A stretch of DNA of 64,000 bases from Candidatus Omnitrophota bacterium (lineage in GTDB: Bacteria > Omnitrophota > Gorgyraeia > Tantalellales > Tantalellaceae): contig JADGBR010000013.1 of NCBI GenBank assembly GCA_015231405.1, positions 7,222 to 71,221 of the forward strand, given 5' to 3'. The position numbers and the translations under genes were made by a program. Position 1 is the stretch's first letter. Each line of letters begins with the position of its first letter. This document shows positions 38,981-47,902 of the stretch, one piece after another. Below the pieces are notes generated by a model. It saw nothing but the letters and a program-made list of their open reading frames with translations. It had not been told where the DNA came from and searched no databases.

Positions 38981-39668
38981 ATGGGAAGATCTGCATAACG
39001 CGAATTCGTCCTGGAGGAAAACCCTCGTGGGCCAGATATCGGATCTATATACCGTTCCGAAATATCTGGGACTGTTCAGGGAATATTTCGGCAGGGAAAA
39101 AGGCCTTGATACGCTGGAGCTGGGCGCCGGCAACGGCGACCTCAGCATGCGGCTTGTTTCGGAGAACAAAGGAGGTATTATAGGCAGTTATACGGTGTCC
39201 GAGAATTATGAGGAAGGGGTCAGGAACCTCAGGGCCCGGGGGATGGAGGCGAAACTTATCAACGCGGAAAATACGGGTCTCGGGCCAGGCTCTTACGACC
39301 TCGTGTGCGCGTTTGACATAATGCACCATGTGAAAGACCCTCGCGCGATGGCTCGGGAAATGGCGAGGATCAGCAGGAAATACATTTTCCTCACCGAGGC
39401 TAATGGTCTCAGCCTCGGGAGAAAGCTCTTTGAGCGTAAAAAGATGTACCGGGACGCCGGCGAAAGGTCGTACCTGCCGCGGGTGTACAGGTCGTTCTTC
39501 GACGCCGGGGTTTTCAAGGAACTCGGGATCGAGCCGTTCCTTTTCGTATTCAAGACGCCTGAAAGGTTCATAAAACACGTCATAGCGTTCAGCGAAGCGA
39601 TCGAGAAGATACCGGTCCTCCGATGGCAGTGCGCGTCGCTGGTGATCTTCGGGGAGAAAAGAACATGA
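38973..39668 (+). CDS. Class I SAM-dependent methyltransferase
   Basis: LELGAGNG, YDLV, MHHVKDP. Confidence 0.85.
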   Translation: MTEWEDLHNANSSWRKTLVGQISDLYTVPKYLGLFREYFGREKGLDTLELGAGNGDLSMRLVSENKGGIIGSYTVSENYEEGVRNLRARGMEAKLINAENTGLGPGSYDLVCAFDIMHHVKDPRAMAREMARISRKYIFLTEANGLSLGRKLFERKKMYRDAGERSYLPRVYRSFFDAGVFKELGIEPFLFVFKTPERFIKHVIAFSEAIEKIPVLRWQCASLVIFGEKRT

Positions 39669-40390
39669 AAGCGGTCATACTTGCCGCGGGAAAGGGAGTC
39701 AGGTTGGGAGAGCTGGTGAAGGATAGGCCTAAACCCATGCTGGAGGTGGGAGGTGAACCGGTGTTAAAATATTCCATTGAGGCGCTGGCGGCCCAGGGCA
39801 TACGGGAAATATATATTAACCTGTTCTATCTTGGCGAAGTGATCAGGGACTATTTCGGGGACGGCTCCGGGCTGGGCGTTAAGATCGAATACTCTTCGGA
39901 GAAAACGCTTCTCGGGACCGCGGGCGGCGTAAAAAAGATAGCCGGAGGGTTTAAAGAGCCGTTCATTGTTCTTTACGGGGATTCTTTCCGGACGGTTGAC
40001 CATAAAAAAATGGAGGCTTTACACCGGAAGACGGCGAGCATGGCGACGATAGCGGTATACAGGACGCCGACGCTGGAAAGATGCGGGATCGTGGAATTCG
40101 GGGACGATATGAGGATAACGGGTTTTTTGGAAAAACCGCTGAACTATGCGGGAAAGAGCGGGTATGCTAATGCCGGGGCGTATTGCCTAGACCCGCGGGC
40201 GCTTGAGCTGATCCCTGACGGCGTGGAGTACGATTTTGCCTCCCAGCTTTTTCCGTGTATCCTGTCAAGAGGCGGTAAGCTGTCGGCATTTATACTTGAA
40301 GAGCCGGTGTACGACATAGGAGTGCCTGAAGACCTGGAGAAGATAAGGAGCATGATGGGATCCGTTGGAAAGAAAGGATCTTTGAGATGA
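39665..40390 (+). CDS. hddC: Sugar-1-phosphate nucleotidyltransferase (heptose-1-P guanylyltransferase-like)
   Basis: AVILAAGKGVRL...PKPML, LGTAGG, YGD, EKP, DIG; adjacent to hddA/gmhA/gmhB. Confidence 0.75.
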   Translation: MKAVILAAGKGVRLGELVKDRPKPMLEVGGEPVLKYSIEALAAQGIREIYINLFYLGEVIRDYFGDGSGLGVKIEYSSEKTLLGTAGGVKKIAGGFKEPFIVLYGDSFRTVDHKKMEALHRKTASMATIAVYRTPTLERCGIVEFGDDMRITGFLEKPLNYAGKSGYANAGAYCLDPRALELIPDGVEYDFASQLFPCILSRGGKLSAFILEEPVYDIGVPEDLEKIRSMMGSVGKKGSLR

Positions 40391-40995
40391 TAAAAGGATT
40401 TATTTCCCGGCTGGGGGACCATCCCCTGTGGAACTACTACATGCAGATCGCGGCGCATATGGGGGATTTCACATATTCCGACAGGATAAAAACGGCCCTC
40501 GCCCCCGAAAAGGGGGATAAGGTCCTGGACGCGGGTTGCGGGCTGGGGCTGTACAATATGCTTGCCGATTTTTACGTGGGGGTCGACAGCAACAAAGACC
40601 ATCTTGCCTGGGCGCGGAAACGGTTCGTGAAAGGAGAGAATAAATATTTTGTGGCGGGCGACCTCACGGAGGTCGAGTTCTCGTTCAAGGCTTTCGACAG
40701 GGCCATATGCAGCCGGGTGCTGCATCACCTGAGCGACGCGGGATCGGCGGCGCTCATAAAAAAACTGGCCAGGCTGACAAAAAAACGCGTCCTGTTCGTG
40801 GACCGCATACCCCCGGGCGAAAAAGCGACTGCCGGGGAAAAGTTTTTTTTAAAGCTCGAGAAAGGTCATTTCGTTAGGCCGCTCGAGGATACCATCAGGC
40901 TCATAGAGGAAGATTTTATTATAGAGAACGTAAGCAGGTTCATGAACAGGACAAGGACGGGTGAATGCGCCGTTATCCCGGCCGCGCCCAGATAG
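40387..40995 (+). CDS. Class I SAM-dependent methyltransferase
   Basis: VLDAGCGLG, YVGVD, VLHHLSD. Confidence 0.85.
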   Translation: MIKGFISRLGDHPLWNYYMQIAAHMGDFTYSDRIKTALAPEKGDKVLDAGCGLGLYNMLADFYVGVDSNKDHLAWARKRFVKGENKYFVAGDLTEVEFSFKAFDRAICSRVLHHLSDAGSAALIKKLARLTKKRVLFVDRIPPGEKATAGEKFFLKLEKGHFVRPLEDTIRLIEEDFIIENVSRFMNRTRTGECAVIPAAPR

Positions 40996-41003
40996 GAGAG
41001 AAA

Positions 41004-41993
41004 ATGATAATAACGCAGACCCCTTTCAGGATAACCCTTGGCGGAGGCGGGACAGATCTCCCGGCTTTTTATTCGAAGCACGGCGGTTTCCTGGTGACAT
41101 CCGCCATCAATAAATACGTTTACATAACAATAAACAGGCGGACCATAGACGATACTATATGGCTCTCATACTCGAAGATAGAGAAAAGGAAAAAGGTCGA
41201 CTCAATAAAACACGAGCTCATCCGCGAGGCCTTGAAAATGACAGGCATAAAGAACGGGATAGAGATACATTCAGTGACGGAGCTTTCCAGCGGGACGGGG
41301 CTCGGCTCATCGGGAAGTTTTACCGTGGGGCTTCTGAACGCTCTTCACACGTTCAAGAGGGAATACGCCCCGCACGCCCAGCTCGCGGAAGAGGCCTCAG
41401 GGATCGAGATAGGCACGCTGGGTAAACCCGTCGGCAAACAGGACCAGTATATCGCGGCGTTCGGAGGCATAATTTCGTTGGAGATTGACCGTAAAGGGGC
41501 CGTGACCGTAAAACCGCTGAATATCCAAGAGGCTGTGATAGAAGAGCTCGAGCGGCGGGTCATGCTGTTCTATACAGGAGTCACAAGGGAGTCCGCCTAT
41601 GTCCTTGCGGACCAGACGAAAGCCTGCGAAAGGGACGACAAAAAAGTGGTCGCTAACATGCGGAGGATCAAAGAGATAGGGTTGCTTTCGAAAAAGGCCC
41701 TGGAGGACGGAGACCTGGACGGGTTTGGCGCGTTATTACACGAGCATTGGGAGGTTAAAAAAGGCATATCGAACAAGGTGAGCTTTACCAAAGCCGACGA
41801 ACTTTACGAGTCTGCCAGGAAGAAAGGCGCTCTCGGCGGCAAGGTGATCGGCGCAGGCGGCGGGGGCTTCCTCATGGTCTTTTCCGGGGATAACCCGGCG
41901 GGATTGAGAGAAAGCCTCAAGACCATGGGGCTTAAAGAGATGAGGTTCCGATTTGATTTCGGCGGGACGAAAGTTATAGCCAATTTCTTTTGA
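41004..41993 (+). CDS. hddA: D-glycero-alpha-D-manno-heptose 7-phosphate kinase (GHMP)
   Basis: TPFRITLGGGGTD, GTGLGSSG, GKQDQY, GGKVIGAGGGGF. Confidence 0.9.
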   Translation: MIITQTPFRITLGGGGTDLPAFYSKHGGFLVTSAINKYVYITINRRTIDDTIWLSYSKIEKRKKVDSIKHELIREALKMTGIKNGIEIHSVTELSSGTGLGSSGSFTVGLLNALHTFKREYAPHAQLAEEASGIEIGTLGKPVGKQDQYIAAFGGIISLEIDRKGAVTVKPLNIQEAVIEELERRVMLFYTGVTRESAYVLADQTKACERDDKKVVANMRRIKEIGLLSKKALEDGDLDGFGALLHEHWEVKKGISNKVSFTKADELYESARKKGALGGKVIGAGGGGFLMVFSGDNPAGLRESLKTMGLKEMRFRFDFGGTKVIANFF

Positions 41994-42020
41994 AGGTCTT
42001 TTACCGGGCAAGGGGGGAAC

Positions 42021-42620
42021 GTGGACAATAAGGCGTACATCGACAACTATTTCGACGAAATGAAAGAGATCATAGAGAGGATCTCTCGGGAGGATATCGC
42101 GAGGTGCATCGAACTTCTCTTTAAGGCATGGTCCGATGGCCGGACAGTTTTCATAATGGGTAACGGCGGGTCGGCTTCCACGGCGACCCACTTCGTTTGC
42201 GACCTTGCGAAATGCACGGCAGTTGAGGGGAAAAAGAGGTTCAGGGTTATAGGGCTTACGGACAACATACCATGGGTGAGCGCTTTAACGAACGATAACG
42301 GGTTCGGGTCGATCTTCGAAGAGCAGCTGAAGAACCTCATGAATGACGGGGATGTGCTTATTGGAATAAGCGTTCACGGCGGAAGCGGTTCGGACAAGGC
42401 CGGGCTCTGGTCGCAGAATCTCATAAGGGCAATGCGCTACGTTAAGTCCCGCGGCGGCGTGAATATAGGTTTCAGCGGGTTCGACGGCGGGGCCATGAAA
42501 CAGGAGGCGGACCTTTCGCTGGTGGTCCCCTTTAATTCCACGCCTCAGGTGGAATCGTTCCACGTGGCGCTCGAGCATCTTATCTGTAACCGCTTGCGCG
42601 AAAGGATACAGGCGTCATGA
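42021..42620 (+). CDS. gmhA: Sedoheptulose-7-phosphate isomerase (SIS)
   Basis: GNGGSASTATHF..DL, ALTND, GFDGG, QVESFH...EH. Confidence 0.9.
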   Translation: MDNKAYIDNYFDEMKEIIERISREDIARCIELLFKAWSDGRTVFIMGNGGSASTATHFVCDLAKCTAVEGKKRFRVIGLTDNIPWVSALTNDNGFGSIFEEQLKNLMNDGDVLIGISVHGGSGSDKAGLWSQNLIRAMRYVKSRGGVNIGFSGFDGGAMKQEADLSLVVPFNSTPQVESFHVALEHLICNRLRERIQAS

Positions 42621-43204
42621 ATAGAGCCGTATTTCTCGACAGGGACGGGGTGGTCAACCGGCTTGTGTACGACAGGGAACTGATGGATTATGACAGCCCG
42701 GTCAACGCGAGCCAGTTCCGGATCATATCGGGTGTCCCCGAAGCGGTAAAAAAGCTGAATGACGCCGGTTACAAGGTCATAATCGTTTCGAACCAGCCGG
42801 TGATAGCCAAAAGGAAAGCGACCCTGAAAGACCTCGATGGGATCAACGCGCGGATGGAAAGGGAGTTGCGGCGGAAACGCGCATTTTTGGACGATATCCG
42901 GTATTGCTATCATCACCCGGATATGGGAGCCAGGCCTTACAGGAGGAAATGCCGCTGCAGAAAACCCGCGCCGGGCCTAATTACGGGCGCCATGAAGGAA
43001 CACGGGATCGCTAAAAAAGGGTCTTTTCTGGTGGGCGACAATCTTACGGATATACTCGCCGGGAAAAGGGCCGGCGTTGAGACTATACTCATTACCGCGA
43101 TGAAATGCGAGCTGTGCGCTTTGATGGAGAAAATGGGCGCGAGGCCGGGCCATATAGTCAGTGACCTGGGTGAGGCGGTCAGGGTTATATTGAGGGGGGC
43201 ATAG
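42617..43204 (+). CDS. gmhB: Heptose-1,7-bisphosphate phosphatase (HAD-IIIA)
   Basis: FLDRDGVVN, VSNQ, CYHHP, CRCRKPAPG, VGD..TD. Confidence 0.92.
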   Translation: MNRAVFLDRDGVVNRLVYDRELMDYDSPVNASQFRIISGVPEAVKKLNDAGYKVIIVSNQPVIAKRKATLKDLDGINARMERELRRKRAFLDDIRYCYHHPDMGARPYRRKCRCRKPAPGLITGAMKEHGIAKKGSFLVGDNLTDILAGKRAGVETILITAMKCELCALMEKMGARPGHIVSDLGEAVRVILRGA

Positions 43205-43205
43205 G

Positions 43206-43273
43206 GCAGAGCGCATGGCGCATGGGGCATGGTGTAAGTTGTATTACCATGCTCCATGCGCCATGCTCCATGC
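43206..43273. repeat. Inverted arrays of 7-bp tandem repeats (GCATGGN x4 / NCCATGC x4)
   Basis: gcagagc gcatggc gcatggg gcatggt - 12-bp loop - accatgc tccatgc gccatgc tccatgc. Confidence 0.88.
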
Positions 43274-43303
43274 CGGAATCTAACAGAGAAGGAGAAGTGA
43301 CGG

Positions 43304-43984
43304 ATGAGCATGTTTATTGATACAGTTGATGTGAACGAGGTTGAGGAAATATCCGGGTGGGGGGTAGTATCGGGGTGCACGACCAATCCGCTCATTGTCG
43401 CGAACAATGCCTCGATCGGAGGGAAGCTGGACCTCAAAAAGCGTGTCATGTCCATCGTCGACGCTCTTAAAAAACCTGTCAGCGTCGAGCTCCTCTCCGA
43501 GAAGGCCGGCGAGATGGTAGAAGAGGCCAGGAAATACCATTCGTGGAACAGGGAATACATCAATATAAAGGTCCCGTTCAGCGCCGACGGGCTCAAGGTC
43601 ATAAATGTTCTGGAGCGGAAGGAAAATATCAGGACGAACGCCACGTGTATAATGTCTTTCAACCAGGCTCTTTTAGCGGCGCTCGCCGGGGCCACGTATG
43701 TCAGCATATTCGCGGGAAGGATCAGGGATATGGGATATGACCCGGCGCCCGTCATAAGCGATACGGCGGAGTTCATCTCATCGAGAGGGCTTTCGTCGAG
43801 CATTATCGTCGGCAGCGTCAGGCATATCATGGACGTGAACGATGCGTTCAAGGCAGGCGCTCACATAGTCACGGTAACGCCCGATATCCTCAGGAAGATG
43901 CTCCGTAACCCGAGGACGGAAGAGACCATAAAGGAATTCAACGATAAGTTCCATAGCGCGAGAGAAAAAGGCATGATAAGCTGA
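43304..43984 (+). CDS. tal: Transaldolase (TalC/FSA type)
   Basis: FIDT, GCTTNP, NIKVP, TNAT, YVSIFAGRI.D, GSVR. Confidence 0.88.
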   Translation: MSMFIDTVDVNEVEEISGWGVVSGCTTNPLIVANNASIGGKLDLKKRVMSIVDALKKPVSVELLSEKAGEMVEEARKYHSWNREYINIKVPFSADGLKVINVLERKENIRTNATCIMSFNQALLAALAGATYVSIFAGRIRDMGYDPAPVISDTAEFISSRGLSSSIIVGSVRHIMDVNDAFKAGAHIVTVTPDILRKMLRNPRTEETIKEFNDKFHSAREKGMIS

Positions 43985-43985
43985 T

Positions 43986-45245
43986 ATGACAAAGAGAACC
44001 ACTCTCATCATTTCGATGATGCTGGGCGCGTTCCTCATGGGAACGGTGTTCATTTTCGCGGTCAAGCCCTATCCGGGAGCGGATTTCGCCGTATACCAGA
44101 GGCTGGGGCATAATATCGCCGCCGGGCGGGGATATTCCCAGGAGATATCGGCGCCTTTCATCCCCGACGGCATGAGGGAGCCGCTTTACCCCATGTTCCT
44201 CGCGGTCGTCTACCGCCTGTTCGGCTTTAATGACGTCGCTGTGTATCTCATTCAGGCTCTTCTATATTCGCTCAGCGCGTTCATCCTTTACCGCGCTTCT
44301 TTGGAGATCGCGGACGAAAGGACATCTATCCTTGCCGGGTTCATATTCGCGCTTTGCCCTTTCACGGCGTATTATTGCGGCATGATATACGCCGAGATAC
44401 TCGCTACCTTTCTACTCGTAACGGTAACGTATCTTCTCACGCGTTATGTAAGAACGGGAGGGGTTTTAGCCCTCGTTATCGCGGGGCTGCTTACGGGATG
44501 TCTCATCCTGACTAAAAGGATGTATGTGTTCTACCCTTTCGCCGTAGCCGGTGCTCTTTTTCTGAGGAGGAGGCCGAATATCCGGCGTAAGGCCCTCGAG
44601 ATCATCGTTATTATTTTCACTATGGCAGCGGTTATGGCCCCATGGGCAATGAGGAATTACGCCACTTTCGGGAGGTTCATCCCGCTTGTCAACGGGTATG
44701 GGCCAGGGGTGTTTTTTTACATATCGACGGTACAGTTCAAGGGAAACCTGACCGGGGTGGGCTATGAAAATAATCCTCTTGTCCTGGAACAGTTCGAGCA
44801 GATGTTCCAGGAAGGAGGGTTCTCCCCTGCCGAAAAAGAGAGTTTCCCTTTTGTGCCGGGCTCGAGCGCCATATGTTTCAAATACGCCATTAAGAACATA
44901 CAGGACGACCCGGCGGATTATGTAGCGGGGCTTATAAAGAAGATCCCGAGGCTTTTTGTGCACGTTTATTCTCCGGGGCATGAACAGGGCCCGGTCTATA
45001 TTACCTCCGCCATCGCCCTCGCGATCTATGCGATAGGCTTATACGGCATTTGGGTTGCAAGGGCCAGTTGGAGAAAAATGGCGTTCTTTCTGCTGCCCAT
45101 AGTGTATCTGTCACTTACGGCCTTATTGACGGTCATGACCTCGAGGTACACCGTTCCGGCCAGGCCTCATCTCATGTTCTTCGCGGCCGCGGCGCTGATG
45201 TCGGCGTTAAACAGGAGGCGTGGTCCTTTTGAAAAAAAACTCTGA
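43986..45245 (+). CDS. GT-C (family 39/83, ArnT/PMT-like) glycosyltransferase
   Basis: D...Y..LG.NI..G.GY, REPLYP.FLA, AE.LA, PW..RNY, RY..P. Confidence 0.82.
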   Translation: MTKRTTLIISMMLGAFLMGTVFIFAVKPYPGADFAVYQRLGHNIAAGRGYSQEISAPFIPDGMREPLYPMFLAVVYRLFGFNDVAVYLIQALLYSLSAFILYRASLEIADERTSILAGFIFALCPFTAYYCGMIYAEILATFLLVTVTYLLTRYVRTGGVLALVIAGLLTGCLILTKRMYVFYPFAVAGALFLRRRPNIRRKALEIIVIIFTMAAVMAPWAMRNYATFGRFIPLVNGYGPGVFFYISTVQFKGNLTGVGYENNPLVLEQFEQMFQEGGFSPAEKESFPFVPGSSAICFKYAIKNIQDDPADYVAGLIKKIPRLFVHVYSPGHEQGPVYITSAIALAIYAIGLYGIWVARASWRKMAFFLLPIVYLSLTALLTVMTSRYTVPARPHLMFFAAAALMSALNRRRGPFEKKL

Positions 45246-46575
45246 AACGGGCCTTACGGTGTTTGTCGCCTCCGGGTGCCTCATCGGCGCGCTTTACTTC
45301 AGGTCGCCCGTAACGTTCGCCATGGCGCTCGTAACGGGCATAATATCGTGGGCGATAACGAAGTTGCCGTATGAACCGCGCGAAAAAACTTTTCTTGTGA
45401 GGATCTTCGCAGTTTCGGTACTGTCGAGGCTGGCAATATGTCTTTTAATATATTTCGAGTCGATACTCCGGGGCGGCGAGGGGAGTGTGTTCGACGATGA
45501 CGTCCTGTGGCCGCGCGCGGCGTGGATACTCTTCCGGTCATGGACCGGAGGACAGGCTTTCGCCGCCTGGAACGCCGGGAACGACCCCGCCCTTAATTCC
45601 GGCGAGTATTACTTAAGGTGTATCGCCGCACTTTATTCCGTTTTCGGATATTACTCTCCGCTTATCGCCAAATATTTCAATATAATCCAGGGATCGCTGG
45701 TCGCTCTCATGGTTTACGGCATAGCAAGGACGGTTTCAGGCCGTCCCGTAGCGCGGCTCAGCGCCGTTCTTACGGCGTTCCACCCGTCCCTGGTACTCTG
45801 GTCGGTCGTATCGCTCAAGGATATGAGCTGTATTTTTCTTTTGCTCCTTTCGGTATGGCTGTTCTACCGGTATCTTAACGGCGGGAAGAGATGGTCCGTC
45901 GCTTTTCCGCTCATACCGTTAGCCGCGCTTTTTACCGTAAGGCCGTTCATTGCCGTTATCGGCGCGTCGGCTTTAGCGACGGCTTATCTCGTTTCCCTGG
46001 AACGTCCGGTTAAGATCGCCGCGGCCGTTCTGGGAGGATACATTGTTCTTTTACTGGCATTAATGCCGGGGCCCGGAGTTAAAACGGCCGTGGAACGGGG
46101 TATGCAGGATGTAAATATGTCGAAGCTGCTCAGATATCATCGGGAGTATGTAAGGACGGGAGGAAATATTTACAGGATATTGCCCGCCGGATCATATCGC
46201 GTCAACACAGTTGAGTTCGGGTTCCCGGAGATCCTGATCGTTGAGGCAAAAGGGGTCTTTTATCTCCTCTCCGTGCCTTTCCCCTGGGCAGCCATGAACT
46301 GGTTCCAGCTGATCTCATCGCCACAGATGTTATGGTGGTACCTGGTCCTTTTCTTCTCAATAGCCGGTGTTTGTTCGATATCCGGGGATAGGTTCAGGCT
46401 GTTCTCCCCGATAATATTGGTTGGCGCCTCTCTTATTCTCGCGATGGCCATTTTCGAGGGGAATATCGGAACTGCCGCCAGGCACAGGGACGTGATAACG
46501 CCTTACGTTATTTTATTCGCTTCAATAGGCATGGTGAATTTTTTATACGGTCATGGGAAAAATATTACGGGATAA
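45220..46575 (+). CDS. Polytopic GT-C-like membrane protein (paralog 1)
   Basis: Multi-TM; FDDD, SLKD, PFPW and EGNIGT..RHRD motifs. Confidence 0.75.
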   Translation: MVLLKKNSETGLTVFVASGCLIGALYFRSPVTFAMALVTGIISWAITKLPYEPREKTFLVRIFAVSVLSRLAICLLIYFESILRGGEGSVFDDDVLWPRAAWILFRSWTGGQAFAAWNAGNDPALNSGEYYLRCIAALYSVFGYYSPLIAKYFNIIQGSLVALMVYGIARTVSGRPVARLSAVLTAFHPSLVLWSVVSLKDMSCIFLLLLSVWLFYRYLNGGKRWSVAFPLIPLAALFTVRPFIAVIGASALATAYLVSLERPVKIAAAVLGGYIVLLLALMPGPGVKTAVERGMQDVNMSKLLRYHREYVRTGGNIYRILPAGSYRVNTVEFGFPEILIVEAKGVFYLLSVPFPWAAMNWFQLISSPQMLWWYLVLFFSIAGVCSISGDRFRLFSPIILVGASLILAMAIFEGNIGTAARHRDVITPYVILFASIGMVNFLYGHGKNITG

Positions 46576-47902
46576 CACATTAAAAGTACCGGTAATGGCC
46601 GGGATGCTGGCGGGGTTATTGCTCTTTTTCTCGCCGTCCGCGTTCCTTTTACTTTCGGCCGCGGCTGTCGCGCTTGTAATTTTGGCAAGGATGGACATCC
46701 CTTTAAAGGAAAAACAATTCGTTACATATCTATTTCTGGCCGTATTGTTCATAAGGATGTTCTTGTCGGCTTCGGTCTACTCATTCATGCTGACCAAAGG
46801 AGGGGAAGGCAGCGTTTTCGACGACGATGTGGGATGGCCGCGTCTCGGGTGGGCGCTCTACGGGACTGTGACCGGGGAAGTGGATTATACGAAGCTCAAG
46901 AACTGCGAAATGCTCTCGGTCAACGAGCAGCGGCTTAAAGAAGGGTACCTTATCCTCATCGCTTCAGCTTACGGCGTCATAAGAAGTTATTCCCCGCTTT
47001 CGGCGAAATACATCAATGTCTTTCTTGGCGCGCTCAGCGTGGTCTTTTTATATGGCCTTGCGAGGAGGATGCTCGGCGAGAGAACGGCAAAATATACCGC
47101 GGTATGCGCGGCGTTTTTTCCGTCCATGACATTCTGGTCAATTGTGTCGCTCAAGGACACTTCATGCATTTTCGCGATCGTTCTTTTGTTCTGGTGCGTC
47201 GACAGGTACGCCAGGGAAAAGGTCTGGAAAGCGTTCTTTATCGCTCCTCTTCCGCTCATATTCCTCTTTACCATAAGGAAACAGCTGATGTATCTGGTTT
47301 TGTTTTCCGTGCTGACATCATGTTTTGTGAACCTGAGAATGAGATATAAAGTTGCCTGGCTTATCGCAGGACTCGTGGCGGCGGTCCTCTTTCTGCCGGC
47401 ACCCGTCAAGGCCAAAGCCTGGGGGTTCATTGAGGGGCAGATATCGCCCCGGGCTTGTTGGGTCGCGCAGAAAGGTTTTGTCGATTCCGGAGGCAATACG
47501 TACCGGATATTTCCGGATAAGTATTATGAATTCCTTTACCCGGGACCTATCGAGACCCTGGAAACGGCAAAAGCTTTATTCAAAGGCCTTTGGTACTTCC
47601 TGCTGGCGCCTTTCCCATGGGCGGTATGCAATAAGAGCCAGCTGGCAATAATGCCGCAGATGATGTTATGGTACCTCATGCTTCCCCTTGCGCTAAAGGG
47701 CATCATATTCGTGATGAGGACAAGGTTCAAAAGAAGCGTGATTGTTATATCTTTTGTCGGGGCAATGACGCTGTTCCTCGCCATGAGGGAAGGCAATATC
47801 GGGACGCTCGTCCGGCACAGGGACCAGATGACGCCGTATATTATAATGTTCGCCGCGGCAGGGTTCATAAAGCTCGGCACACGTTCCGGTGACGAGCTAT
47901 GA
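46553..47902 (+). CDS. Polytopic GT-C-like membrane protein (paralog 2)
   Basis: Same motif series as the preceding gene. Confidence 0.75.
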   Translation: MGKILRDNTLKVPVMAGMLAGLLLFFSPSAFLLLSAAAVALVILARMDIPLKEKQFVTYLFLAVLFIRMFLSASVYSFMLTKGGEGSVFDDDVGWPRLGWALYGTVTGEVDYTKLKNCEMLSVNEQRLKEGYLILIASAYGVIRSYSPLSAKYINVFLGALSVVFLYGLARRMLGERTAKYTAVCAAFFPSMTFWSIVSLKDTSCIFAIVLLFWCVDRYAREKVWKAFFIAPLPLIFLFTIRKQLMYLVLFSVLTSCFVNLRMRYKVAWLIAGLVAAVLFLPAPVKAKAWGFIEGQISPRACWVAQKGFVDSGGNTYRIFPDKYYEFLYPGPIETLETAKALFKGLWYFLLAPFPWAVCNKSQLAIMPQMMLWYLMLPLALKGIIFVMRTRFKRSVIVISFVGAMTLFLAMREGNIGTLVRHRDQMTPYIIMFAAAGFIKLGTRSGDEL

